Positions 1 through 8,030 of a DNA stretch of 64,000 nt are shown here, piece after piece. The translations under genes and the position numbers were made by a program. The stretch lies in the sequence record OR413585.1. One strand, given 5' to 3'. The notes below the pieces were generated by a model. The model made no database searches and had not been told where the DNA came from. It saw only the letters and a list, made by a program, of their open reading frames with translations. Every line of letters begins with the position of its first letter. Within the stretch, counting starts at the first letter, position 1.

Positions 1-25
1 CTCAAATTAATTTGAGGTGTGGTAT

Positions 26-613
26 ATGACAGAACGTATTTTACGACTGCAAGAGAACAAGTTAGAAGACCTGCACGTAATGCGTAGTCGTGGCTTGTTT
101 CCGGTGGGGCTTGATGTGAGTGGATTATTAACTGCCGCAGAGCACGGGGATAGGGTCATTACAATGCATTCGCGTGGGAGCGAAGTGGTCTCTGCGATTT
201 TCATCGATAAGGTTATTCCAGACTCGGAAAGCGGTAGGGAGGCAGGACACATCATTTACGAATACTTTCGCAGCATTCTATACGAGGAAAAGATAAATGT
301 CAAAACTTTTATGGAGTACGCTAAGCGAAATAACTACATCGATGCGCGACTGATGGTCACGGAAGGCACCCCAACTATAAACGGTAAAGTCCATCATCGT
401 TTACTTGGGGCGCAGTTGCCGAGACTGGGTGAGTTACCGACGACGATAGAGCTGCACCAAAAAACAGATTGGCGACACAAAATCGAAGTGCTTCACAAGC
501 TTTACGATTTATCGATCGTTCAAATCAAACTGGTGGACTTCACGCCTGCAAATATGCAAATCGCTAAGCGAGCATTGGGTTTTCGTATTCTTAACACAAC
601 CTTCACATTGTAA
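26..613 (+). CDS. hypothetical protein
   Basis: ORF 17..613; ATG at 26 has SD GAGGT 7 nt upstream; no recognised motif. Confidence 0.7.
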   Translation: MTERILRLQENKLEDLHVMRSRGLFPVGLDVSGLLTAAEHGDRVITMHSRGSEVVSAIFIDKVIPDSESGREAGHIIYEYFRSILYEEKINVKTFMEYAKRNNYIDARLMVTEGTPTINGKVHHRLLGAQLPRLGELPTTIELHQKTDWRHKIEVLHKLYDLSIVQIKLVDFTPANMQIAKRALGFRILNTTFTL

Positions 614-618
614 AATAT

Positions 619-643
619 CTCAGATATATATTACCTAGGTGAG
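619..643 (+). promoter_or_regulatory. phage early-type promoter motif
   Basis: CTCAGATATATATTACCTAGGTGAG contains TATATTAC (phiKZ early promoter consensus); near-identical copy at 58030-58054. Confidence 0.7.
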
Positions 644-664
644 AGTTAAGAGATTAACTCAACT

Positions 665-693
665 GGCTACCCTCGGGTAGCCTATTCTTTTTT
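665..693 (+). terminator. intrinsic terminator-like hairpin
   Basis: GGCTACCC-TC-GGGTAGCC followed by TATTCTTTTTT. Confidence 0.65.
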
Positions 694-718
694 AAACCAA
701 TCGACTATAGAGTAAAAC

Positions 719-1120
719 ATGACTATCAAGAAGTTCTTACAAGCAGTAGTAGTTCTGGCCGCATGTGGTATTGCAGCAACTTATGCTTTCGATAAGCCAG
801 ACGTGACTGAATACACATCAGCTGATTCGGATTATGGCATTGCACCGAATGAAAAACCGGAACTGATGCGTGAGGTCGAACAGTTACAAATCTACAGACT
901 GACGGACGGTAAGAACTGCACAGGGCTGGTTATCGCTGATAAGAAACTGAAAATGTATCAGCGGTTAATCGACATATCGTGCGATCAACCAAAAGTCACT
1001 TCGGTCAGCGTATCGCCGTTGGAATTACCGAATTTGGTTGCTGTGAGCTTTTATCACAACGATGTGCTCGTTGGTCGCATCACCCTCATTCGTGGAGATA
1101 TCAAAAATGAAATGCAATAA
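719..1120 (+). CDS. secreted/periplasmic protein
   Basis: N-terminal signal peptide (MTIKKFLQAVVVLAACGIAATYA); two Cys in the mature part. Confidence 0.7.
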   Translation: MTIKKFLQAVVVLAACGIAATYAFDKPDVTEYTSADSDYGIAPNEKPELMREVEQLQIYRLTDGKNCTGLVIADKKLKMYQRLIDISCDQPKVTSVSVSPLELPNLVAVSFYHNDVLVGRITLIRGDIKNEMQ

Positions 1121-1598
1121 CGTTAATCGCCACTTGGCCAAAGTGGTGCTTTTTACTGTGCTGCTGATGGCAGTTGTTGTTGGGCTACGGATTTCTAAGG
1201 CACGCGCTGACGAATTCAGCGGGTTCCAGGGCAGTATTAACGGCAGCATTCCAGCATATACCCGCACCATCAATCTTAATGATAAGCCGTTCTGGTGCAA
1301 TGCGCGTAAGCTGCTTAAGAAACAGTGTCGTGTAGTTGACATATCCTTCAACGGTCGTGTCGCTATCGTACACCGTCCGGGCGATAAAGATTGCCCAGGT
1401 GGTTGGTGGGGTGCAGTCGACCGTCACAATGGTGACGCGTTATGGCTTATCCCTAATCGTGATGAACTATCAGTGGAGAAAATTTGCAGCAAAGATTTCA
1501 GGGCCGGTTTTGTACAGCGACCGGATACCAAAACTCTGGCCTCCATCGCTATGTACTACGGTATGGAAACCATCAAAACAATCGACTATTCAGAATAA
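1107..1598 (+). CDS. secreted Cys-paired protein, paralog family A
   Basis: ATG 1107 with SD GGAG; signal peptide ending ARA; PFWC..C..C..C pattern shared with the next two ORFs. Confidence 0.7.
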   Translation: MKCNNVNRHLAKVVLFTVLLMAVVVGLRISKARADEFSGFQGSINGSIPAYTRTINLNDKPFWCNARKLLKKQCRVVDISFNGRVAIVHRPGDKDCPGGWWGAVDRHNGDALWLIPNRDELSVEKICSKDFRAGFVQRPDTKTLASIAMYYGMETIKTIDYSE

Positions 1599-1620
1599 CT
1601 CAAAAAATTGAGGTACTATT

Positions 1621-2031
1621 ATGAAACATTTTTTATTACCAGTTTTACTTGCTACTCTGGCCATTAGCTTCTTCGCTCGCGCTGGAAGTATCGAGTTACC
1701 AAAAGTTGTTAACGATCACGAATACGGCGGGCCGTTCTGGTGCCAGAACTCTGACGTACAAGGCGGTAGCTGTCAGATCGTTGCGATGTCCGATAACAAC
1801 CGTTACCTGTTAGTGAAAACGATGGGCGGTGTCGCATGTGGCGACCCTGAATATGGGGTTATTAACATGGCAACAGGTCAGGCCGAATCCATGAACTACA
1901 ATGATAACCAAGCCTGTAGCGGTGAAGCCGTTGCTGAGTTTACTCGCGACCCAGGTGATAATGCCCTGACGGTTATCATGTACGACCCTACGATTAAGAA
2001 AAACGTGGGCATCAATAAACTCGACTTTTAA
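1621..2031 (+). CDS. secreted Cys-paired protein, paralog family A
   Basis: SD GAGGT; signal peptide MKHFLLPVLLATLAISFFARA; PFWC..C..C..C. Confidence 0.75.
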   Translation: MKHFLLPVLLATLAISFFARAGSIELPKVVNDHEYGGPFWCQNSDVQGGSCQIVAMSDNNRYLLVKTMGGVACGDPEYGVINMATGQAESMNYNDNQACSGEAVAEFTRDPGDNALTVIMYDPTIKKNVGINKLDF

Positions 2032-2044
2032 GTAAGGAAACAAC

Positions 2045-2428
2045 ATGCGTGGACTTATGGGTATTATCGCGGCGGTGTTCTTGACCGCTTCTGCTTCAGC
2101 TACAACCAGCGTAGAAGATTTACTGCCAGGCACACTGTATCAGTACAACCCGCCTTCATTCGAAGTCTGTACTGGCGACGATGGCAGATGTGAAGAAGTC
2201 AGCCGTCACGACGAGTATATCCTGGTCCACGCAAAGGGCGAGGAAACTTGTCCGGCTGGTTACTACTTCTTGTTGAACTCAAAGGCACAAGAGATTGTGC
2301 CGGTAGAGACAATAACGTGCGACCCGACGCTTCGCGCGTCGCTCGCTTACAATACGAAAACCAAACAACGCCTCCTGGTTATTGAACAGCAAGGGGTGGT
2401 GCGTGGTTCAGTAGCGCTCGACCAGTAA
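2045..2428 (+). CDS. secreted Cys-paired protein, paralog family A
   Basis: SD AAGGA; signal peptide ending ASA; four Cys with similar spacing. Confidence 0.75.
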   Translation: MRGLMGIIAAVFLTASASATTSVEDLLPGTLYQYNPPSFEVCTGDDGRCEEVSRHDEYILVHAKGEETCPAGYYFLLNSKAQEIVPVETITCDPTLRASLAYNTKTKQRLLVIEQQGVVRGSVALDQ

Positions 2429-2438
2429 CCGAAAAGTT

Positions 2439-2462
2439 TTCAGACAGATGTTATAACGTGAG
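2439..2462 (+). promoter_or_regulatory. phage promoter motif variant
   Basis: TTCAGACAGATGTTATAACGTGAG resembles the 619 and 26032 copies; intergenic. Confidence 0.5.
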
Positions 2463-2557
2463 ATGACGACCCATCTCACTTTGGCCCTGCGGTGATTTCC
2501 CCAACACTTAGCCGCAGGGTCCTTTTTAATCGACTATTACTCGTAAGGATTAAGCAA

Positions 2558-3058
2558 ATGAACATGAACATTCTCGACGATACCCGTTCTTCTTTCTTTA
2601 CTCAGATGAACGTCAATCCCGAACGTACCCGTGCCATTCTTTCCACTGGCTGGAAGTTAAAGCTGTTAGGCGAGTTAACCCTAAACCGCACCGACTGGCC
2701 AGAAGAAGCGACCGTATTGATTAACAGCATTCACAGCGAGTGGCTAGATGCTGCGTTGAATGCCCCACAACTACGTCCGTACTATCGGATGCTTCATGCG
2801 GGTTATGAAGTATACCGCAAAGGTTGGTACGCTGCAGCCACTTATTGCAAAACCCCTGAAGGTCGTGAAGACAACACTGTCGACCACGTATTAGTAAACA
2901 ATTTCTGGGGCGACCAAATCGAAGTCTTACAACTTTCCACCGGTGACCGTATTCCGGCCTGTGAGTTATTCGAAACTAATGCACAAATGTACGAACCATA
3001 TGCAATGATTCGTGGCCGTAAGGTCCCAATCATTTCCCTTATGCATATGGGGCTGTAA
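2558..3058 (+). CDS. hypothetical protein
   Basis: ATG 2558 with SD AAGGA is more plausible than track start 2492, which lies inside a hairpin. Confidence 0.7.
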   Translation: MNMNILDDTRSSFFTQMNVNPERTRAILSTGWKLKLLGELTLNRTDWPEEATVLINSIHSEWLDAALNAPQLRPYYRMLHAGYEVYRKGWYAAATYCKTPEGREDNTVDHVLVNNFWGDQIEVLQLSTGDRIPACELFETNAQMYEPYAMIRGRKVPIISLMHMGL

Positions 3059-3065
3059 ATACGAG

Positions 3066-3094
3066 AGGTAGCCTACGGGCTACCTTCTTTTTTT
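3066..3094 (+). terminator. intrinsic terminator
   Basis: AGGTAGCC-TACG-GGCTACCT plus T-tract. Confidence 0.8.
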
Positions 3095-3112
3095 GTTGAA
3101 GAAGGATTAAAC

Positions 3113-3739
3113 ATGAACGAGATTACCCTGATTCGTTTCATCGACGACATGGTGACGTGTCAGAAAGCGAATCGTCAGGATACCAAACTGCGTATCAATC
3201 TGATGGAAGAAGAGGTAGAAGGGTTTCTGGAATACCCGCGGCTAGTAAAGTGGTTTAAAGAAGCATTACCACGTAGCTGGGAACAGCTCGAAGCGTGGTT
3301 TGCTCTACCTATTGCAGAACGTAATCCCAATAATACGATCTTCACCGGAACAACTGCATTAGATTTGGCTGGTTCGGTGGAGCAACCTAAACGTTTAGTT
3401 TTCTTCTACGTCAATGGCGATTCAATAATGGCTGATACAGTTAACTGGATTTCCGATGAGTTAACTGTAAACACCACTTTGGTCGGTAGCGCTGCTGATG
3501 CCTGGGTTGTTGGCCAGCACCAATCGCAACCGTACGAAGAAATCAAAACCGGTTATTTAATCCCGATATATCTCGACGGCGTGGCACCGGGTCGTAGCGC
3601 AGAACTGTTCAAATTCCTGCTTACTGAAACGTTAAAGGTTGTCGATTCTGATGCCGGACGTGCGTGGTACGAATTAACCAAAGAGCGCACCGATAGTTTT
3701 TGGGAATCACTCGGGCACCGTAAGTTTATTCCGCAATAA
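3113..3739 (+). CDS. hypothetical protein
   Basis: 208-aa ORF with SD AAGGA. Confidence 0.75.
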   Translation: MNEITLIRFIDDMVTCQKANRQDTKLRINLMEEEVEGFLEYPRLVKWFKEALPRSWEQLEAWFALPIAERNPNNTIFTGTTALDLAGSVEQPKRLVFFYVNGDSIMADTVNWISDELTVNTTLVGSAADAWVVGQHQSQPYEEIKTGYLIPIYLDGVAPGRSAELFKFLLTETLKVVDSDAGRAWYELTKERTDSFWESLGHRKFIPQ

Positions 3740-3750
3740 CTCTCCTCTCT

Positions 3751-3782
3751 GGAACCCTTCGGGGTTCCATTTCTTCTTTTTT
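3751..3782 (+). terminator. intrinsic terminator
   Basis: GGAACCC-TTCG-GGGTTCC plus T-rich tail. Confidence 0.75.
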
Positions 3783-3835
3783 ACGCATGACCTTTTGGAT
3801 ATGAACGACTAATACTTTCTCATTAGAAGGCAAAC

Positions 3836-6346
3836 ATGCTCAAGGTCGAACGTATCATTTTGAAAGGATTTACCGGCATGGGGTTACATGAAATCGAAAC
3901 GTTTGATTTCACCCTTAAGTCAACCGTTACCATCATCCTCGGTGGCAACGGCTGCGGTAAAACAAGCCTCCTATCTGTTTTTCTCCCCTTAGCTCCAGCA
4001 AAATCTGAATTCCGTGAAGGTGGTTCTTACACTAACTACGCGTTAGTCGGGGACGACCGTCTTAAGTTTGAAGTCCTGCGACGTGGGTCTTCTTTGTCTT
4101 GTAGTATTTTCAATATCACTAAAGGTGTCTCCATCGTAGACTCGGTAAACGCCAAAGTTTACAACTCCATGGTGGAGCAATTAACCGGAATCACCAAAGA
4201 AATCAAAGAGTTAATTAATGGTGAGACCTTATTAACTGACGCCACTACCGAAGTTCGTCGTAAATGGTTTACGTTAATGTCAGAATCTGATCTGACGTAC
4301 GTTGTTGGTTGCTATCGACGTTTGCGTAAACTCGCTTCCAGTTTAAGTGGGGCCATTGAGCACACCGGCCGTAAAATCGGTGAGGCAAAAATGCGCGTGG
4401 TGGACGATGAAGAAGATCGTGCACGTTTAGAAGTTCGTTTGAAAGAACTCGATGCTGAGCTTCAGGAATTAAACCGCACAATTGAAGCGAGACCCGGTTT
4501 AGATAACGCCGTTTCGGTTGATAGTATCCGGAAACGCATTGCTTCGTTGCAACCGGCTGTAAAACTCATTATGGAACGTTATGGCGTTCTGCCTTCTGAC
4601 GAACTGATTAACGAGTTTCAAAGTCGTGTGGTTGCCTGGCGTGAGCAAGCTGCCTCTGCTGAAACTGAATGCAACATGTACAATAAAGAGTTGTCACAGC
4701 TACTGGATGAGGAGTCGCGTCAAGCGTATCTGATGCGCAACCATACCGGTCTAAAACAAACAATCGACAGCTTAAAACAGGAACTGGCAACGTTCCAACA
4801 GAACTGGATGTTCCCGGCTCTGTTTGAAGGTACCCGCATTGATGTGGATAGCATTCAGAACGCGTTAAACGATGCCTGTAACTGGAATTTACCGTTGTCC
4901 ATGCATTTGGACCAGTTAAAGACAACAGATCGCCTGGGAGCGTTAGAGAAGCGTTTACAGGGTATGGATTTAACCTCTGCGGGTCTATCTGAAAAGCTGC
5001 AACGTTGTGAGAATGTGCTACACGGTTTATACCACGACCGTCAACACTTCTTAGAAACTGCAGAAGTTGATTGTCCACAGTGTAACCACCGTTTCCGTCC
5101 TGGGATTCGTAAGTCGTTACCTGAAATTGAAAAGGCCATCAACGATAATGAAGGTTGGAAGAAGCAGCTGAAAGACGAAATGGATAGTCTTTTGCGTGAC
5201 CGCAAAGAGATTGAAGAGGACGTCCGTAGCTTACGTACGATTCGCGAAATTGTCATGTCGTATTCCAATCATCCCGTTGTCGGTTTGTTTTTCCGTAAAC
5301 TGCAGGAGCTGGATATCTTCACCACGTCGCGGGATCGTTATGGTGCCATTGCACGTGCCTTTACCGAAGAGCTAGATTCGGCCATGATGTATCTGCGTCA
5401 ATCGGCGAAGCTTGCAACAGCGGAACGGGAATGGCAAGAGGCTGTTGCCGCAGTAGGTAATGTTGATGGTGCGCTGAGTCAGAAAATTGAACACATCCGT
5501 TCACAACTAGACGGGGCTAACCGTCGACTGATAGAATACCGCAGACAAGCCAATGAGCTGGAACGCGAAACCACCCAACTGCAACAAACCAAAGAAGCAA
5601 TCGAACGTTTCCAAAAAGGCTACGAACATCTGGTATCGGAAATGAACATCTCCGTTAACAACGTCGTGGTTCGCGAGTTGTTAAACCGACGCGAAGCGAA
5701 GCTCGATGCGTACACTTCCGCTCGTGAGCGGTTTCGTCAAATGGAAGGGGCTATTGCACGTTTAGCGGAATTAGAAAAAGAGCAAGCTGAGTTGCTCAAA
5801 GAACACCATCATGCCAGATTGATTATCAATGCCGTCTCACCCGAAAAAGGATTATTGCGTCGTTACTTTTATGCTGCGATTACCCGCATCATGGATTTAA
5901 TGAATCGGTATATCGAAATGGTGTGGGCATATCCGATGCAGGTTATTCCATGCGATCTAACCGACGGGGATTTGGATTATACTTTCCCGGTGCGATTAAA
6001 AGACCATGAAGAACTGGTGCCGGATGTGAAGAAAGGTTCGAAGGCACAGCGTATTATCTTTAACATGATGTTTCGTTTAACGGCGTATAAAGCGCTTGGT
6101 TTACAAAACTATCCTTTGTTATTGGATGAACCCTCTGAAGGCATGGATGAAGAACACAAAAATCGACTGGTCAACTTCATTAAATCGTTGGCGTTGTCGG
6201 GAGAGTTTTCTCAATTGCTGGTCGTTTCGCATGAAGCGGAAGTTCATTCTAAACTTAACGAAGCCACCTACTGTGTCGTAGAACCAGAAGGTGTAACGCT
6301 TCCACCGGTGTATAACGAAGGGGTAATAATCAAATATGCATCATAA
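3836..6346 (+). CDS. sbcC: SbcC/Rad50-like SMC ATPase
   Basis: Walker A GGNGCGKTS, long coiled coils, CPQC zinc hook, Walker B LLLDEP, H-loop VVSHE. Confidence 0.9.
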   Translation: MLKVERIILKGFTGMGLHEIETFDFTLKSTVTIILGGNGCGKTSLLSVFLPLAPAKSEFREGGSYTNYALVGDDRLKFEVLRRGSSLSCSIFNITKGVSIVDSVNAKVYNSMVEQLTGITKEIKELINGETLLTDATTEVRRKWFTLMSESDLTYVVGCYRRLRKLASSLSGAIEHTGRKIGEAKMRVVDDEEDRARLEVRLKELDAELQELNRTIEARPGLDNAVSVDSIRKRIASLQPAVKLIMERYGVLPSDELINEFQSRVVAWREQAASAETECNMYNKELSQLLDEESRQAYLMRNHTGLKQTIDSLKQELATFQQNWMFPALFEGTRIDVDSIQNALNDACNWNLPLSMHLDQLKTTDRLGALEKRLQGMDLTSAGLSEKLQRCENVLHGLYHDRQHFLETAEVDCPQCNHRFRPGIRKSLPEIEKAINDNEGWKKQLKDEMDSLLRDRKEIEEDVRSLRTIREIVMSYSNHPVVGLFFRKLQELDIFTTSRDRYGAIARAFTEELDSAMMYLRQSAKLATAEREWQEAVAAVGNVDGALSQKIEHIRSQLDGANRRLIEYRRQANELERETTQLQQTKEAIERFQKGYEHLVSEMNISVNNVVVRELLNRREAKLDAYTSARERFRQMEGAIARLAELEKEQAELLKEHHHARLIINAVSPEKGLLRRYFYAAITRIMDLMNRYIEMVWAYPMQVIPCDLTDGDLDYTFPVRLKDHEELVPDVKKGSKAQRIIFNMMFRLTAYKALGLQNYPLLLDEPSEGMDEEHKNRLVNFIKSLALSGEFSQLLVVSHEAEVHSKLNEATYCVVEPEGVTLPPVYNEGVIIKYAS

Positions 6347-6527
6347 AGGTTGGCGCTTATGGGCTTGGTGGGGTTTTCAGTTCCTTCAGTTTGTTGTGAT
6401 GGTACTGTACCTCTCCTTTTGTGCAGCCGTGGTGGTTATCGCTGCGGTTGTCTATTTAGCCTCTGCTCTTAAAGAACGCCTTTTTGACACGCGTTGTGAG
6501 TGGCGAGATATAGGAGAACGGACATGA
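6336..6527 (+). CDS. small membrane protein
   Basis: 63 aa, long hydrophobic stretch, overlaps the sbcC stop. Confidence 0.6.
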   Translation: MHHKGWRLWAWWGFQFLQFVVMVLYLSFCAAVVVIAAVVYLASALKERLFDTRCEWRDIGERT

Positions 6528-6628
6528 TTGAAGGTATCGTATTAACCGGTATTGCACTGTGGTTGATTCGTGGTGCCTGGGGTTGGATTATCCGCACGAA
6601 AGGATGGGCATTCCATGGCAAGACGTAA
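6524..6628 (+). CDS. 34-aa membrane peptide (absent from ORF track)
   Basis: SD AGGAG, ATGA overlap with upstream stop; MIEGIVLTGIALWLIRGAWGWIIRTKGWAFHGKT. Confidence 0.55.
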   Translation: MIEGIVLTGIALWLIRGAWGWIIRTKGWAFHGKT

Positions 6629-6818
6629 ACCTGGTCGTTTAAAGTTTTGGGCAGTTGTGGTAATGCACACTGTGGTGCTACTCGGTATTTTCATGTCTCG
6701 CGCTACGCCTGCCTTTTGGGGCTTAGTTGTTTTGGTGTTCTTAGAAGGGGTTTACTTCGGTAATCTGTGGAGCAAGCCCCCGCGTTTAAGGGACCCGGCT
6801 TATGACAGTCGTGAATAG
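6615..6818 (+). CDS. small two-TM membrane protein
   Basis: ATG 6615 with SD AAGGA; basic N-terminus and two hydrophobic segments. Confidence 0.6.
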   Translation: MARRKPGRLKFWAVVVMHTVVLLGIFMSRATPAFWGLVVLVFLEGVYFGNLWSKPPRLRDPAYDSRE

Positions 6819-6933
6819 TGTCAACGCAGCCATGATTGCAACAGGTGCGTATGATGGTGCCACCTGGACAGACCTTGGCATTACGATTATCATCTGTGCA
6901 ATCGGAGCATTTCTGGCATCATGGTTATTTTAG
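6802..6933 (+). CDS. 43-aa membrane peptide (absent from ORF track)
   Basis: ATG 6802 overlaps the upstream ORF; C-terminal LGITIIICAIGAFLASWLF. Confidence 0.45.
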   Translation: MTVVNSVNAAMIATGAYDGATWTDLGITIIICAIGAFLASWLF

Positions 6934-7028
6934 TGAAGTGGGTTGGGTGTATCATCTGTAGCCTGGTACTAGGAGCAGGCGCATACGCCCTAGGCGCAAT
7001 CCTTGCATTGACGCAAGGTTGGTTTTAA
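6921..7028 (+). CDS. 35-aa membrane peptide (absent from ORF track)
   Basis: overlaps upstream stop; MVILVKWVGCIICSLVLGAGAYALGAILALTQGWF. Confidence 0.4.
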   Translation: MVILVKWVGCIICSLVLGAGAYALGAILALTQGWF

Positions 7029-7148
7029 CAGGAGGGTAATTACGAAGTGGGAGAAGTATCATGTGACAGTGAAACAGTCTCTGATCCCGTGGTCGTGGGT
7101 TCAGGGGCGGCCGAGCCAACCCGGCGTATCGTTCTTTCGAGCGTGGGG

Positions 7149-7325
7149 ATGGCTATAGGGTCTTCAAAGAACCTTCTAGCAGACATCGCGGAAGTCTGCG
7201 GGCCGGATGATTTTGCAGTTTCACGCACAGTCGGGGAAGACTGGCGTGGTAATCAGAAGCGCCATGAGCGAATGTGGCGACGGAAGGTTACCTCAGCATC
7301 GCGACGTTTTCAACGACGTTGCTGA
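7149..7325 (+). CDS. small protein with Arg-rich C-terminus; start uncertain (7047 or 7149)
   Basis: track ORF 7047..7325; ends RHERMWRRKVTSASRRFQRRC. Confidence 0.4.
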   Translation: MAIGSSKNLLADIAEVCGPDDFAVSRTVGEDWRGNQKRHERMWRRKVTSASRRFQRRC

Positions 7326-7471
7326 TTAAAGACACGGTTCCGATAGAGAACTGGTCTTTACCTGCAGCGGTATACACCGCTAAGCTTTACCGGTAAACTT
7401 AAGAAAACACAAACGCAATTCTTCGTTACTCGCTTTCATCGCAGGTGAAAGCTCACTTAGGAATTCAGCTC

Positions 7472-7960
7472 ATGGCCGAAATTGTCATTCTTTCCTCATC
7501 CTCAGATTTAACGGAAGCACAAAATAAACAGCTGTTGGGGCTGCATTATAAATTTCTGAACCACCAACGTACCATACTCCATATCGAAAAAGGTGAGATT
7601 CCGAACCTCACTCTGGAGAAACTGTTGGCGGGGAACCGTGCCTGCGTTGCTCTGGAAGGGGGTACCCCTGTTGGTTACTGTTTGTATCGCGTAATCGCTG
7701 GGGTTCTGAAGATTCGTACGATGTTCGTGTCTGAAATGGCACGCCGCCGTAAAACGATGACGCAGATTTTTGATGCGCTTGATGTGAATGAACAGTTCAC
7801 CAGTGCGCATGGGGGAATATACGCTTGCCAGGAAGCTGGTATTGCGTTCTTTACCGCTCGCGGTTTTGACAAGACCGTCTCTACAGACGGACAATGGCTT
7901 GAATTTAAGAAGCAGGTTCCTGCGGAAGCAGATGAACCTTTAAGGACTGCGGTAGCATAG
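7472..7960 (+). CDS. GNAT-fold acetyltransferase-like protein
   Basis: VALEGGTPVGYCLY, IRTMFVSEMARRR (motif A-like, Gly lost), AGIAFFTARGF (motif B-like); ATG 7472 with SD AGGA. Confidence 0.6.
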   Translation: MAEIVILSSSSDLTEAQNKQLLGLHYKFLNHQRTILHIEKGEIPNLTLEKLLAGNRACVALEGGTPVGYCLYRVIAGVLKIRTMFVSEMARRRKTMTQIFDALDVNEQFTSAHGGIYACQEAGIAFFTARGFDKTVSTDGQWLEFKKQVPAEADEPLRTAVA

Positions 7961-7986
7961 TCCTGTTTTAGCACTCCTTACGATTA

Positions 7987-8012
7987 TACCTCACTATGAG
8001 TGGGGTATTTTT
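7987..8012 (+). terminator. intrinsic terminator nested in a larger stem
   Basis: ATACCTCACT-ATG-AGTGGGGTAT followed by TTTT. Confidence 0.6.
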
Positions 8013-8030
8013 ACGCGAGGAGTGCTATTT

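Noticed and set aside
1107-2428. Assignment of the secreted paralogs to PliI, Ivy or MliC lysozyme inhibitors
   Set aside because: No family motif recognisable from memory; left as an untested possibility
7039-7158. ATT- or GTG-initiated Trp-rich ORF after SD AGGAGG at 7030
   Set aside because: SD spacing is poor for each candidate start (7039, 7047, 7063); cannot choose without ribosome profiling
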